A stretch of 64,000 bases of DNA from Eledone cirrhosa (Eukaryota), in NCBI GenBank assembly GCA_964016885.1, contig OZ024754.1:17422001-17486000 (forward strand), written 5' to 3'. The notes under the pieces are model-generated. The model saw nothing but the letters and a program-made list of their open reading frames with translations, did no database searches and had not been told where the DNA came from. Both the position numbers and the translations under genes were made by a program. Below are positions 14,379 to 26,785 of the stretch, one piece after another. Position 1 is the first letter of the stretch. The number at the start of each line of letters is the position of its first letter.

Positions 14379-17300
14379 TTAATTGTAAGTTGAGATGTTG
14401 CTGTTCCACTCATGTTTTCTATTTAATTTTGGTTGTAATTCATTTATGTTTATTGCGTCTGTGATTTGTCTAAACATTGCGTCTTTTCTGTGTGTAGATT
14501 CTATTTTTATTTTTATGTTCTCTAATTTACCCTTATGTTCTATTTTAGCATGTTGGTAGAGTACATATGATTCTTTACTATCTTGAAGGTCTCGCCAGTG
14601 TTCATTTATCCGTTCCCCTATACTAGGAGCTGTCTCACCTATGTACACTATATTTTTTCTCTACATTGTCCTTTAGTACATCTTATGCTATATACTACAT
14701 TTCTAGTTTTACAGTTAATATGGGGGCTTAATTTACAGATTATACATTTCTTATCTATACAGGGAGGTCTTTGAAAAGGGTATGTCTTGCTAATAAGTGT
14801 TTTTATGGAGGTACCTGGTCTTTCTACTATCTTAATATTGAGTTTATGTTTATCTAGGGCCCTTCTAAATTTGTAAGATAATTCACCTCTAGGGGTTGTA
14901 TCGATGAACATTACACTCTCGTATTTATTGCTATCATACCATGAGTTTATTCTATTAGTCTTATTCCTAGTTCTTTCTATTCTATTCCAAAATTTGCTCC
15001 TATACAAGGAGCAGGTCCCATTTGTGTCATTATTTACCATTTTTTCCCATTTGGTTCTGGCTCCTCTATACACTCTGATTTTATCTCTTTGATTGTAACC
15101 AGAGAACTGCATACGGTGGAATGAAGTGTTGTATGTGTCTCTCTAGTTCTTCGGGGTTGCACATGCGGGACACGTTTCTCATCACCCGTACCAAATCCGC
15201 AATCAGTATGTTGATTTTGGTATGGTCCGAAACAGCTGAGTTTCGGTGGATCAGATATTTGGAAGTCATGGGTTTGGCATAATGGGAATGGGGGATTTAT
15301 GTTTTGTTATTGATGGTATCTAACCAGAGCTCTGTGTCTAGTACAGGTAATCGATGGTTGGGGTGTTTGCTTGGGTAGTCTATAGTAACTCTAATACTCT
15401 GGTAGATGGAGTTAGCTATTTGCTGGATGCTTTCCATTGTGTTTTTCTCTAATTCCTGATTGTTCTCTAGTGGGAGTGTTTTAACTACGATGTTTATATC
15501 ATCAACGTAGCGGGAGTACATTATCAGGGTTAAGGGGTCTTCTAATTGTTCTTTAAGTTTAAGTTTAAGTCTACTGTCCCACCATACCATGAATAGGTTA
15601 GCTATGTCACCTGCAATGCTAACACCAATGGCTGCTCCCTCCTCTTGGGCATGTTTTTCCATTAAATTTGAACATATGTTCCTTAAGGGTTAATTTTATG
15701 CTGGCCCCCACCGCATGTACAATCATTTTCTTTAGTTCATCGTGGTTTTCGGGGGTCTGTATGGCTCTGGTCCACCCGTTCCATCTATCTGTGTGGATTT
15801 TCTTTGCCATTGAGGTAATGGTAGGTGCCTCTTGCTGGTCTTGTAGGGCACAGGTTGCTAAGGTCATATGTGTCTAGATAATCATTACTATAGGTAAGTT
15901 TAAGTAGGAGTCTCGGCTCACTGGTATCAATCCCACGGAATTCAACATTGCTCTCACTGATCATTTCTACGCATTTCTCCACAGCAAAATCCACGTCAAT
16001 ATATGGATACAGGGACACAGCATCCATACTACCTATTATGCAGTTTGTTAGGTCCCTAGATCGGTTACTCTCGCCGATTCTGCTGAGGATGTCCTCCGTG
16101 CTGTCACATACATCTGGGGACATTTCAATGATGGGGCGTATGATCAGGGAGAGGAAGTAGGACAGTCTGTAGTTACTAGAAATGTTAGCTCCACAGACTG
16201 GCCGTGTTGGTGGTCCTGTGTCAGGGACACTGCTCGTTTTATGGTCTTTTCGAAGCCCATACAACGCTGGCACGTCATTGTTCCAGGCCTGGAAGTTGTT
16301 GGCAGTCCTTTTGTTGGGCTGCATTATATTTGTCCACATCATCATATGGGCATTGAGGGCTTTTTCTCTATCCTCGTGCTCTTGTGGTGTTACTTCTCTT
16401 GTGTTAGTGATGTGGGGTTGCATTGCCTGGATGTAGTTTGGCAGACTGTCAACCGACATTCTGCCAGACTTGTCTGTTGGAAAGCATGCTATCTCTTCAT
16501 TACGTGAGCGCTGCATGAGCTTACGCAAGCCATTTGCAGATTTTTCTCTCAGTTTCTGGGCCTCCATTCTACTATGTTTCTTGCTATACTGTTCTATAAT
16601 ATTTCTAAGTTTATATCTAGCTATACTAAATTGTGCTTCTGTTTGTTCATCGACCTGCGACGGCAATTGCGTGCGTTTGTTAAAGCTAAAGTCGTGGCGT
16701 GGACTCGTCGCAGGTCGAACGACTTATCGGAGGGATTGTAAAAAGTAGAGTTTCAGGCTGCTGCTTTATGTGTACTAGTGCTATTGTTATTGTTAGTTGT
16801 GTTGTTTCTATTTCTATTTCCACCAACAGCCTCATAGTTGTTTCTATGTCTCTCATTATTACTCCTGTCTCTTTCCTCTGGCTCATTGTTATTATCTACT
16901 CTATTTTGTGTGTCTGTGTGTTCGTCTTGGTTATTTTCTCTGTCCATAGTCTCCCATCTCCTTTCAATCCTATTACCTTCCCTTATTTCTGTGCTACTGT
17001 CATTACCTGTTTTCTGTGTCTGTGTGTTTGTTAAGATTGTGGTGGTGGTGAGAGGCATTGAATGTGTGTGTGTTGTTGTTTTTGATGTGTGCTGTTGTTG
17101 ATGTGTGTTGTTGTTGTTGTTGTCTCCGTGTATGTTATTATTGTTGTGTGTGTTGTTATTGTTGTTTCTGTCTGCGTGTCTGTTGTTGTTATTTCTGAGT
17201 ATGTTATTATTGTTGATGTGTGTGTTGTTGTTATTGTTGTTTGTGTCTGTGTGTCTGTTGTTGTTGGGATGTGTGTTGTATATGTGTGTGTGTGTGCGTA

Positions 17301-18093
17301 TGTTGTTACTTTTGTTTCTGTTTTTGTTTTTGTTTTTGAGGCTCCAACGTAATTTTGTAAATGATTTTTCTATTTCTGACAAGCATTTAATAATATTTAC
17401 CTTATTAAATGTGGCATACTTAGATGGCAGTTGTAATACTGATAATTCATCAGAGTCGACCGTAGTGTTTCCGTATATATTTGTGTTGTTGTTGTTGAAT
17501 TCATCTGTTAATGAGATGTCGGTCATATTTATACCGTCAATTTTGTCGGGATATCTATTGATATTCTCTAAAGTATCTTGATTTAGTTTTATCTGTTTGA
17601 GCCACTTTAGTTTCTTGTTAAAGTGCTTGTCACATTCTTGAACAATGTACTGTTCTTCAGGACATATAAGGTTTATAAATATTAGTTTTTCTCTTGGTGT
17701 GGTGATCTTAGTTATTTCTTGTATTAGGTTACGCTTATGTTTTTCTTGATGACTTAATTCTCTATAAATCTTCTTTTTTATGTTTAGAATTAGTGTTCGT
17801 TTTAGCCTATCTGCTTGCTTTTTGGTGAGCTGTAATCTTCTTACATCTGTGTTGATGGTGTTGGTGTAAACTCGGGACGAGGCACATTCTTTTATGAAGG
17901 GTAGTTGTCGAGATGTTATTGTTTTTCGTAGACAACAGAACATGGTGGTTTTCAGTATCTTGTTAGCCTGGCTAAGGTTTACGATATTTCGTTTCTGAAT
18001 TTGTTTAGCAAGATTCTTTATCTGAAAACGCGTGTTGAAACCGATATTGTTATACTTTGGGAGGGTCATTTTGCCAATAAGAAACACACGCAC
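14379..18093 (-). pseudogene. Disrupted PLE polyprotein (N-terminal domain, RT, GIY-YIG)
   Basis: PTDKSG, LYGLRKDHK, SMDAVSLYP, GAAIG, RYVDD, LPVLD, GIY-YIG motifs spread over several frames. Confidence 0.85.
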
Positions 18094-18327
18094 CAGTTGC
18101 TTTCACTTCAATTTATTATAATAAACACACACGTGAAAGCACAGACGCACATAGAACAAACAACCAACCAGTAACATGTAAATAAACAAATAAATAAACG
18201 AATATAAACACACACAGACACCCGGATGTAACACATGCGCAAACTAAGCACACAACACACACACAAAAACAAGATGGCGTAGGACAGAACAAAGGAGAGG
18301 CACAAAAAACAAAGAAAAGAATCCCCA

Positions 18328-18370
18328 GTCACTGAAGAGGTCACATAATGTGTGACGAAAGAACTTTGAC
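18328..18370 (+). ncRNA. Minimal hammerhead ribozyme in inverted pLTR
   Basis: gtca CTGAAGA ggtcaca-taatg-tgtgac GAAA gaac TT tgac. Confidence 0.75.
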
Positions 18371-18544
18371 AATATATAAACCAACCAACCGGAAATTTAT
18401 AAATTTATTATAATAAATTGAAGTGAAAGCAACTGGTGCGTGTGTTTCTCATTGGCAACATGACCCTCCCAAAGTATAACAATATCGGTTTCAACACACG
18501 TTTTCAGATAAAGAATTTTGCTAAACAAATTCAGAAATGATATA

Positions 18545-18593
<49 letters not shown>

Positions 18594-18624
18594 ATTTAAA
18601 TAGATACAGTTCAGTAAAAGGAAT

Positions 18625-18745
18625 TTATTGACACGTGTTTCAATAACAGTTATATAACCTGAAAACAGCTGCTATCTACAAAGTATTAATTATGCAGACA
18701 CTCGATATTTCAATGTTATTTTCAACTATCATTTCATCAGAATAA
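18625..18745 (-). ncRNA. Hammerhead ribozyme with extended stem II (sense pLTR)
   Basis: Reverse complement of 21925-22045. Confidence 0.7.
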
Positions 18746-19619
18746 TCTCATTGAGAACTTGTTTGGTTTTTATAGAGAATATTAAGAGGGAGGAGTGAAG
18801 TTAGAAGAATAGTTAAGGGAGTGTATAGAGATTTTTGATAGCAGTGGGTAAATAGATTCCGAGCTGTTGTTTTGACATTTTTATAGAATACATTATTTGG
18901 CGTTGGTTATTTTTCTAAATCTATAGAAGGATTAGAGATAGTAAAGATATGCATGGTTGGTTTTGTGTTTGCACTTAATTAACATACAGACTTAAATTTT
19001 TCTTTCAAGTGTGTGTATCCGTTCGCTTACACATAGATATATGTGTATATATACTTATTTTTTAAAAGAACATGCACATTCACACACATACATATATGCA
19101 CACCTCTACAAATACATACACTCACATACACATACTTACATGCTCATACTTACATACATATATACATGTACATATATATATATATACACATATACATATA
19201 TATATGTACCCACATACGCATTCATGTATATACACTTTCATACTCTACTTATCTTCATATACACACATATAGACACACACATATATACATACATACTCCT
19301 GTCTATGTGTATATATATATAAATACACATATACATGAGTACACATACATTTAATTATAAACATCAAATATATATATATATATATACACTCACCCACTTA
19401 TTTACTTATTTATATATATTTTCACCTATATACATAGATATGGTCGCTTTTAGACACATTCATTATAGCATATTCGCACCTATTCTCACCAGCATATTTA
19501 TCCATTATTAGTGTGATAATTTAAGGTTATTAATAGTACATATATATGTTGAGAAGTGATTGTTTTTATATTTTTCTAACTAGATTGAGGATTTGTATAG
19601 TTGGGAGGATGTCCCTTGT

Positions 19620-21850
19620 TTATGTAATATTCAGCTTGTAGTGGGAAAAAAGGGTTTTAGTTCGGTGACGGCAGAATAATGTTCGTTCGATTCTGTTATT
19701 AAGCAGTTTCTTCTTGTGTGTGATTATGTAATAAATCTCAAGATTACATAATTTGCAGAAATTTTGGCTCCTGGAAAAGCGTTGGGTTTTAGCTAATTTC
19801 TCCCATTTTAGGGTAAACTTTCGATCACTATCCCTGAGTGTCCAAGCTTTTTCTGCTAAAGTTGTTACATTTCTTTGGCTCTGGTGTTTTATTGAGTAAG
19901 AATGCCTATATAATCGAGATTTAAACGATGTTGCCGTTGATCCCACGTAATACCACTCGTTGCTTGTGGATTCAATGGTACACTTATAGATGATATTTTT
20001 TTCAAGGCAGTTATTGCCGAGGGGGCAATTGTCAGGATAGGTGCAGTTACAGTTGTGTACGTTGGTTTTGTAGTTATGTTTACTCTGGAGTAGTATTGCG
20101 GACGAACTTAGGTGTGGTTTATTTATGTTCTGTAGTGTATTGTCTACTGTTTTTTTGTGCTCTTTGTACTTAAGTTTTTAGTGTTTTCGTTTAACCTTCT
20201 AGTATTGATCTTTTTTATGTGTTGTTCGAGGTTTAACGCTGTAGAGTATGACAGTCTTATAGTGGTAGGGTTTAGGATTTTGTGGTATTTGTGTGATGTA
20301 GGAAAATGTTTCCTAACTATTTTAAAGAAGAGTACTGGTAAATTTGTACTAATGGAACTATTGTATTCAGGGTTATACCATAAGTACTCTTTGCATCGCT
20401 TTCTATTAGTTTTGTTTGTTGGTTTACTGGTGTGTACACTATGGTAGTAAGTGTGGTTTGGTGTTGTGTTATTATTTCTACCTATGTGGGATTTATTTTG
20501 GGTGTTTTGATTGTTTTCATCTATATATTCTATTTTGTTGAGGTAGCCTGCTTTACTAAGGGCGTTATCGTAGTACTCGGCGTGTTCCTTAAATACTTGT
20601 ATGTTAGAAGATAGACCTGAGATTCTAAGGGAAATATTTTTAGGGATAGATTTAATTATAGAGATGGGGTGGTTAGACCCAACATTTACGTACTTGAGAT
20701 TTTCATTCAATTTATGAAACGGTTTAATCAGACCAGAGTTTAAATTGAGTGTGACATCCAGGAAGTTAACTACTTTAAGGTTGTGTTCATATGTTATAGT
20801 TAGTCCTATTTCGAGTAGTAGTTTTCTTATATCTTAGCGTAGTTTTTCTAGTTTTTGGTTATTTAGGTTTTTAACTAGGAGGAGAGCATCATCGCGGTAT
20901 ATTCCACCGTGGAGATTACTGAATTTTTCCTGGAGTTTAAAGGCGATAAATAACCCCACAATATCAGTTATTTCCGCCGAATCGTTAGAGCCCATTGTTA
21001 TGTCAAAGTTGGAGGGTCTATCTTTACGAACCCAATAACTGTTCTCAAATTTGACTATTGTTTTCCTAGCTTCTAATATAATCTTAATTTCTTCGTTTGT
21101 AAGGTCAGAGTTATCCTTAGCAAACTCAATGGCTCTATTTAGAGTTTCAGGTGATATCGATAAGTAATATTCATCGATATCAAACTGGATAAACTTAGAT
21201 TTATTCTTATTGCTAATGCTATTAAACCATCTAATTGCTTCTTGGGTCTTCCCCCAGAGTTTAATGTTAACTTTAGCCTTAATTTGGGGGATGATTCTAT
21301 CTAAGATATATTTGCTTATTTTACCTATATCTGATTTAGAGGGGCAGATTAGTCTAATTTTAGGGTCATTATCAAAGTTTACCTTATGGTCCTTAAGATT
21401 GAAGGTGGGTACCGCCGGTAAGAGTGGTCCTGTCCTATCTTCGATTCCGAGATTTTTCACTATTTCGCATGCCTCATCATTGATGTGCTTAAGGGTTACT
21501 TCACTCGTTTTTCTATATTTTTTATGTACTTCTTTTCGAATGAAGTTGTTATATGTAGTGCAGTCCATAGTATACAGGTTAGATGTTTTGTCCGCTTTTA
21601 CTACAATTCCTTTGGTGTTTTTAAGGTCGTCCAGTAGTTTTTTTAATATCTTTCTGCAGTTTGTTGTTGGTATTACGTCCTTTGAATTTAATTTTAAGGA
21701 TTAAATCCATAAGGTCCTGCTCAAATGCATCTAATAGTGGGTGGGTTTTTACACGTTCTAAAACCAAATTTGTTGTTTACACCACTTTCTGATGGTGAGT
21801 TCATACGGCTTCTATCATAGTGGAGCGTTTTCCACCTGACACGTCGAATG
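19620..21850 (-). pseudogene. Disrupted RT + GIY-YIG ORF of Naiad-like PLE
   Basis: ORFs 20834-21568, 20144-20710 and 19620-19946 are joined through a TAA at 20834 and a frameshift near 20140. Confidence 0.85.
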
Positions 21851-21924
21851 AATTAACTATTCTTCTAACTTCACTCCTCCCTCTTAATATTCTCTATAAA
21901 AAACCAAACAAGTTCTCAATGAGA

Positions 21925-22045
21925 TTATTCTGATGAAATGATAGTTGAAAATAATATTGAAATATCGAGTGTCTGCATAATTAATACTTTGTAGATAGCA
22001 GCTGTTTTCAGGTTATATAACTGTTATTGAAACACGTGTCAATAA
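21925..22045 (+). ncRNA. Hammerhead ribozyme with ~90-nt stem II domain
   Basis: ttatt CTGATGA aatgatagtt...aactgttatt GAAA cacgtg TC aataa; inner gaaaata/tgttttc pairing. Confidence 0.7.
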
Positions 22046-22188
22046 ATTCCTTTTACTGAACTGTATCCATTTAAATCCTTCTATTTTCTCCGGATTACTT
22101 TTGAAACTACCACTGGAACCGTCGAGCAAACCCTACGTGAGCTGTCCATCTACTGTGTGTAATATTCGTATTGCAACACTACGGAAAA

Positions 22189-22279
<91 letters not shown>

Positions 22280-22311
22280 TTATATATTTATATATATATA
22301 TATATATATAT

Positions 22312-23134
22312 ATAATTGGAAATCAGTAAAATCGAATCTCTGGCGGTTTGCAAGTAAATTCGGCCTACTTATATGAAATGATGAGTTAGCAAAGCACTCG
22401 ATAAGGTAGGACCTTAGAGTAATAACATACGTTTAAATAGCTTGACAAATCGAACATTGTGGTAGGCGAAACTAACACACAATATATACCAAAGTAACGA
22501 TAGAACTAATCAGGTTGAGAAAAGTACACCTGGACAAATCAAACGAACAATCGTTTAAAGTGTTTCTTTGAATCCGGAATCAAATATCAGACTTACGTGA
22601 ATGGCAAGCTCATGGTATTGGTGATCGAACGGAGGATTCAGTTTATCAACAAGTATTTCGTTCTGCCTATGACCGGAGTGATAAATTATATGTTGCTGCT
22701 ACATGCTGCTTATCGTATCTATAGCTATCACGTGTTAATTCCGGCAAGGTAAATAACCCCCTGTTTTAGGCGGGTCATTCAAAATGTTAGCGAAAGGAAA
22801 AATTTTAATTTCTGCTAATCATCATGATAAGCTCTCAACTAGATGTTATAAAACAAACACAAATAATTAACCAATCAACAGAATTGTCTAATTAAATTAA
22901 TTAGTTAATTATTAAATCTAGGAGAATAATATAATTGGAAATCAGTAAAATCGAATCTCTGGCGGTTTGCAAGTAAATTCGGCCTACTTATATGAAATGA
23001 TGAGTTAGCAAAGCACTCGATAAGATAGGACCTTAGAGTAATATACGGTTAAATAGCTTGACAAATCGAACATTGTGGTAGGCGAAACTAACACACAATA
23101 TATACCAAAGTAACGATAGAACTCATCAGGTTGA

Positions 23135-23137
<3 letters not shown>
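22312..23137 (-). mobile_element. Non-coding partial-tandem element (~618-bp unit, ~208-bp terminal direct repeat) in (TA)n
   Basis: 22312-22521 repeated at 22931-23137; no ORF; candidate split hammerhead on minus strand. Confidence 0.7.
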
Positions 23138-23197
<60 letters not shown>

Positions 23198-23200
<3 letters not shown>

Positions 23201-23392
23201 CGAAGGAATTGTGGTAAGGAACCAGATGGACCATAACGCACCAAATTAATCAATACTTAGGGTAGTAGAGTGGCTAATAGGAACAAGTATGACCCCGACG
23301 GCAGACCTCAAGCCGTTTCGACGGCTAATTCTGGACTGAAATAGCCGTCTGAACGGCTTGAGCTCTGTCGTCGGGGTCATACTTGTTCCTAT
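23198..23392. mobile_element. Palindromic PLE stub (same family as 11128-11338)
   Basis: Reverse-oriented tail 23198-23280 matches 11258-11338; inverted arms 23278-23337 / 23338-23392. Confidence 0.7.
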
Positions 23393-23409
23393 ATATATAT
23401 ATATATATT

Positions 23410-26400
23410 TGTTTGTGAGTGTGTGTGTGTAAGTACATACACACGCGTGTGTATGTGTGCAAATGTATCGATCTGTCTGTATATGTATATGTGCTTAGTC
23501 AATAGGTCTTATGAATAATTTAATGGGGTGATTACATATTTAATTTTGGTTTAAATCTGTTAAGAAATAGTTTTTCTTTTCCATTCTTTGTTGTTGTGTG
23601 AAAGAATCTGAGCACTTATAAAGGGGGAAAATTTTAAAGTTGGGTAGGGTCTTTCCTGCACAATCTGCAATGTGACTACTTTATGGTATTTTTCTTGTGT
23701 TTGAGTTCCGGATTTGTTGTCGATGGATGGTCATTCCTTTGCGTAATGACATCCCCCGTCTGTTCTATATAGTTATGTCAACAGCCACCGCATGTGATTG
23801 CGTAGATCAGGTTCTCTGAGTTGCAAGTGAAGTTGTTTTCACTGTAAAAGTTTGGCCACCTTTAAACGTGAACTTTTTGTTCTTCAATTAAGTATAGGCA
23901 TGGTCCACAGTTTCTTCTTCCGCATTTTGTTACCGTAGGGTTGGAAATTGGTTTGTATATATCTGTTCCAGTGAGAATGTGTTTTAGTGATTTGGGTTGC
24001 CTTTTACTTTTAATGATCTTGTGTGTTTCAAGGACTTTTTCATTTTTTCATCTTTGAATAAACTTGGGAGGTTTTTGTGTTCTTGGTAGGACATTTCGGG
24101 ATTTCTGGGGTTGAACGTGGATACATATGGTAAGGTATTGTTTGTGGTTCTGTGCTTTGGATTGTTAAGATGATGAAAATTTGCGTGTTTTGCTCTGTCT
24201 ATTCCGTTATTAATTATGTCAAGTGGGAAGGCTCTTAAGGTAAGTGTGTTTTTTAGTTCATTTAGTCTTTGTTCCCGTTTAGTTGGTAGGATGATTCTAT
24301 GGTTCATATACGTTTAGCTAAGTTAAAAAGAATGTTAAGTTTTGTATGTTTAGGGTGACTTTATGTGAAGAGGAGGTACTGTTTGGAGTCCGTGGGTTTA
24401 TAAAAGATGTCTGTTTCTATTTTCCCCTCTGTTTTTAAAATAAGGATATCCAAGAAGGCTAATTCCTTGGAGTTGGATTCCATTGTGAATTGTATGTTAT
24501 TGATAATGTTGTTTATCTTATTTTTGAAAAGAGTGAATGTATTCATGTCTTCATGCCATAGTATAAAGCAATCGTCTAGGTATCTCTACCAATTATTTTT
24601 GAGATGTGTAAGGAAAGAGTCTCCGAATAATAGAAGGGATTGGTGGTAAATTTGTTGTTCGTGGAATCTCATGACTAAGTTGACGTATGTGGGGGCTACC
24701 TTCGTGCCCATTGCAGTTCCTGAGATTTGTCGGTATGTTGAAGCATTGAAATTAAAATAATTATTCTGTAAGATAAATCGGAGTCTGTCAATAATAAAGT
24801 TTTTGTTGATGCGTGTTGGTATTTCAGATAGGTGAATGTCTAACCAGTACTGGATTGCCGTTATTCCATAGTTGTGGGGTATGTTAGTGTAAAGGTTTAC
24901 TACGACAAAGGAAACAAGAATAGTGTTTTCACTTACTGTTTTGAGTAGATGGTTCAGCATATCAAGGTCATCCCTTATGTAACTCTGTATGTGTTTTAGT
25001 AAAGGCTTTAGTAGGATGTCCAGGAAGTTGCTAAGTCTGTGAGTTCCACACGCAGGGCCTGCTATAATTGGCCTGAGTTTTAAGTCTTCTGGTGGTGTTA
25101 ATTATATGTATTTGTTAGTCGAAGTGTCACAAGCATCTTTCATGAGTTTACATTTGTGGATCTTCGGTAAGCCCGAGAAAGTAATTGTATTACATTTGAA
25201 AAAGCTTATGTATTCAAATTTTTTTGTGGTTAGGCTATTGCAGTATTTTTGTAGTAATGGTAGGTGATTCCCCATTGTTTTAGCTTGTTTGTAGTTTTCT
25301 GTTTTTTCATAGTATCTGTTGTCGTCTAAGATTTTAAGTGCCAGATCCCTATAGTAGTCAGTATTCATGGTGTCTACAGTACTCCCTTTTCGGCTTCTTT
25401 GATGGTTATTTCAGTGTTATCTCGAAGTGCGAATTATTCTTTCCATTCGTGTTTTGTGAAGTTCGATTGTGTGTGTTTATTTGCAATTTTTTCATAGGGA
25501 AAGTTGATAGTGCGTTCGCAGTAGGTGTCCAGAGTTTTGTTCCTTCCTTCCAGAAATTACTTTTATTTCTAACTATTGATTCGTCTTCAGTGTTGGTGTC
25601 ATTGGAGAAGTATTCTATTAGTCTAAGTTTTCGGCAGAATTCCATGATGCCATCTTTCATTTCGGGGAAGTTAGATTTTTGTGGTATGGGTGTAAATTTC
25701 AGTCCCTTACTTAATATGTTAATTTGTGTGTTAGTGATATCTTTGAAAGGTTAATTATCTTCGGTTTCTCATGAGTGGGGGCCATCGGGTGTCCTGGTAT
25801 TTCAGTCTTTTTCCTAAAAAAAGAATGTTGTTTTAGTTGTAATTGTAGTCTGTTTTGTATGTGTCTGTAGTTTGCTTTTTCATGAGAGTTAATGTGGTGA
25901 TGGGGGTGATGTCTGTTGTAGTTGTTATTGTGTAAGGGTTCTGTAACAGGTTCATGTGATCTAGGTGGGTTCTTTCTGGGATGCATAGTGTTGATATTGT
26001 GGGGTTGTTTTTTGTAGTGTTGGGGGTGATACCTGTTGTAGTTGTTAATGTTGGAAGGTTTTGTTGGGATTTCATGTGGTCTGTCCGGATTTCTTCAGGA
26101 GTGTATGGTGTTTGTGTTGCGGGTTAGTTCTATGTTGTTTTGGGGGTTGGTTTCTGTAGGAGATATTTTTATGGATACCTATGTTGTGGTGGTTGGGTAT
26201 ATTTCTTCTACTGTAGTTGGTTGTATTTGGTTTCTGTTGAGTGGGATTTTGTCTGTGGTTTATGCGTGTTGGGGTTGGTGCTATGAATGCTTCTGTGGGG
26301 GTTCTTGTTTTGTTTAATTTCTTTATAAAGGGGTTATCTGTGTGATGTATTCTTTGAAATCCTCTTCATATTTAAGAAACCAATTTTAAGATTTATCCCA

Positions 26401-26765
26401 TCGATTTAATGAAATTACTTCTGCATTCTCGCAGTCCTGTTTCCAGGATTTAATTAAATTTTGTTGGGTTGGTCCCTCAACGTTTTTAGCACATTCTTCT
26501 TCCATTTGTTGGACAATATCCTGGTATTTTTGTTCATTGTATGTGGCTCTTAATTTTAAGAGTTCTATTTCCATATTCGTTTTGTTGAGTGTCATTTTTT
26601 TCTCGTAGTTTCCTTTGTTGTTCAGATTCATTAGTTATGGGTTTTATTTGGAATTTACGCTTTGTTCATATTATTCACCATTTTCTTGTTTTCAATTGTT
26701 TTTTCCAAAAATGTCCAATTTTGTTTTTAATGTGATATGAGGTTTCTTGTTCTGTTTTAGCATTT
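23410..26765 (-). mobile_element. Degenerate Neptune-like PLE (RT + Zn-linker + GIY-YIG)
   Basis: GLPKIHK, RPIIAGP, LYTNIPH, SGTAMGTKVAPTY, RYLDD, FLDILI, FYKPTDSKQYL; CGRRNCGPC linker and LIYAITCGGC; many stops and frameshifts. Confidence 0.85.
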
Positions 26766-26785
26766 ATATATACATTTCTACATAT

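Larger units (their letters stand above)
14020..18540 (-). mobile_element. Near full-length degenerate Neptune-like PLE with pLTR (14020-14400) and inverted pLTR + tail (18108-18540)
   Basis: Frameshifted ORF pieces 16753-18093, 15785-16666, 15297-15662 (YSRYVDD), 14648-15112 (CxxxxCxxC linker, VVY), 14379-14648 (YIGET..RINEH); 18108-18400 inverts 14080-14360. Confidence 0.9.
18590..22192 (-). mobile_element. Naiad-like PLE with sense pLTR (18590-18810) and inverted pLTR + tail (21860-22192), in (TA)n
   Basis: RT motifs FDIDEYY, MGSNDSAE, IYRDD, FLDVTLNL; CNCTYPDNCPLGNNCL..IIY..YVGST; CKLC..E..CRH; inverted repeat seen directly. Confidence 0.9.

Noticed and set aside
16753-21568. Selenocysteine read-through in PLE ORFs (reported for some Naiads)
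   Set aside because: Breaks inspected are TAA/TAG stops or frameshifts; the TGA at 16753 is in a low-complexity linker and is best explained by a frameshift; conserved Cys positions are ordinary Cys codons
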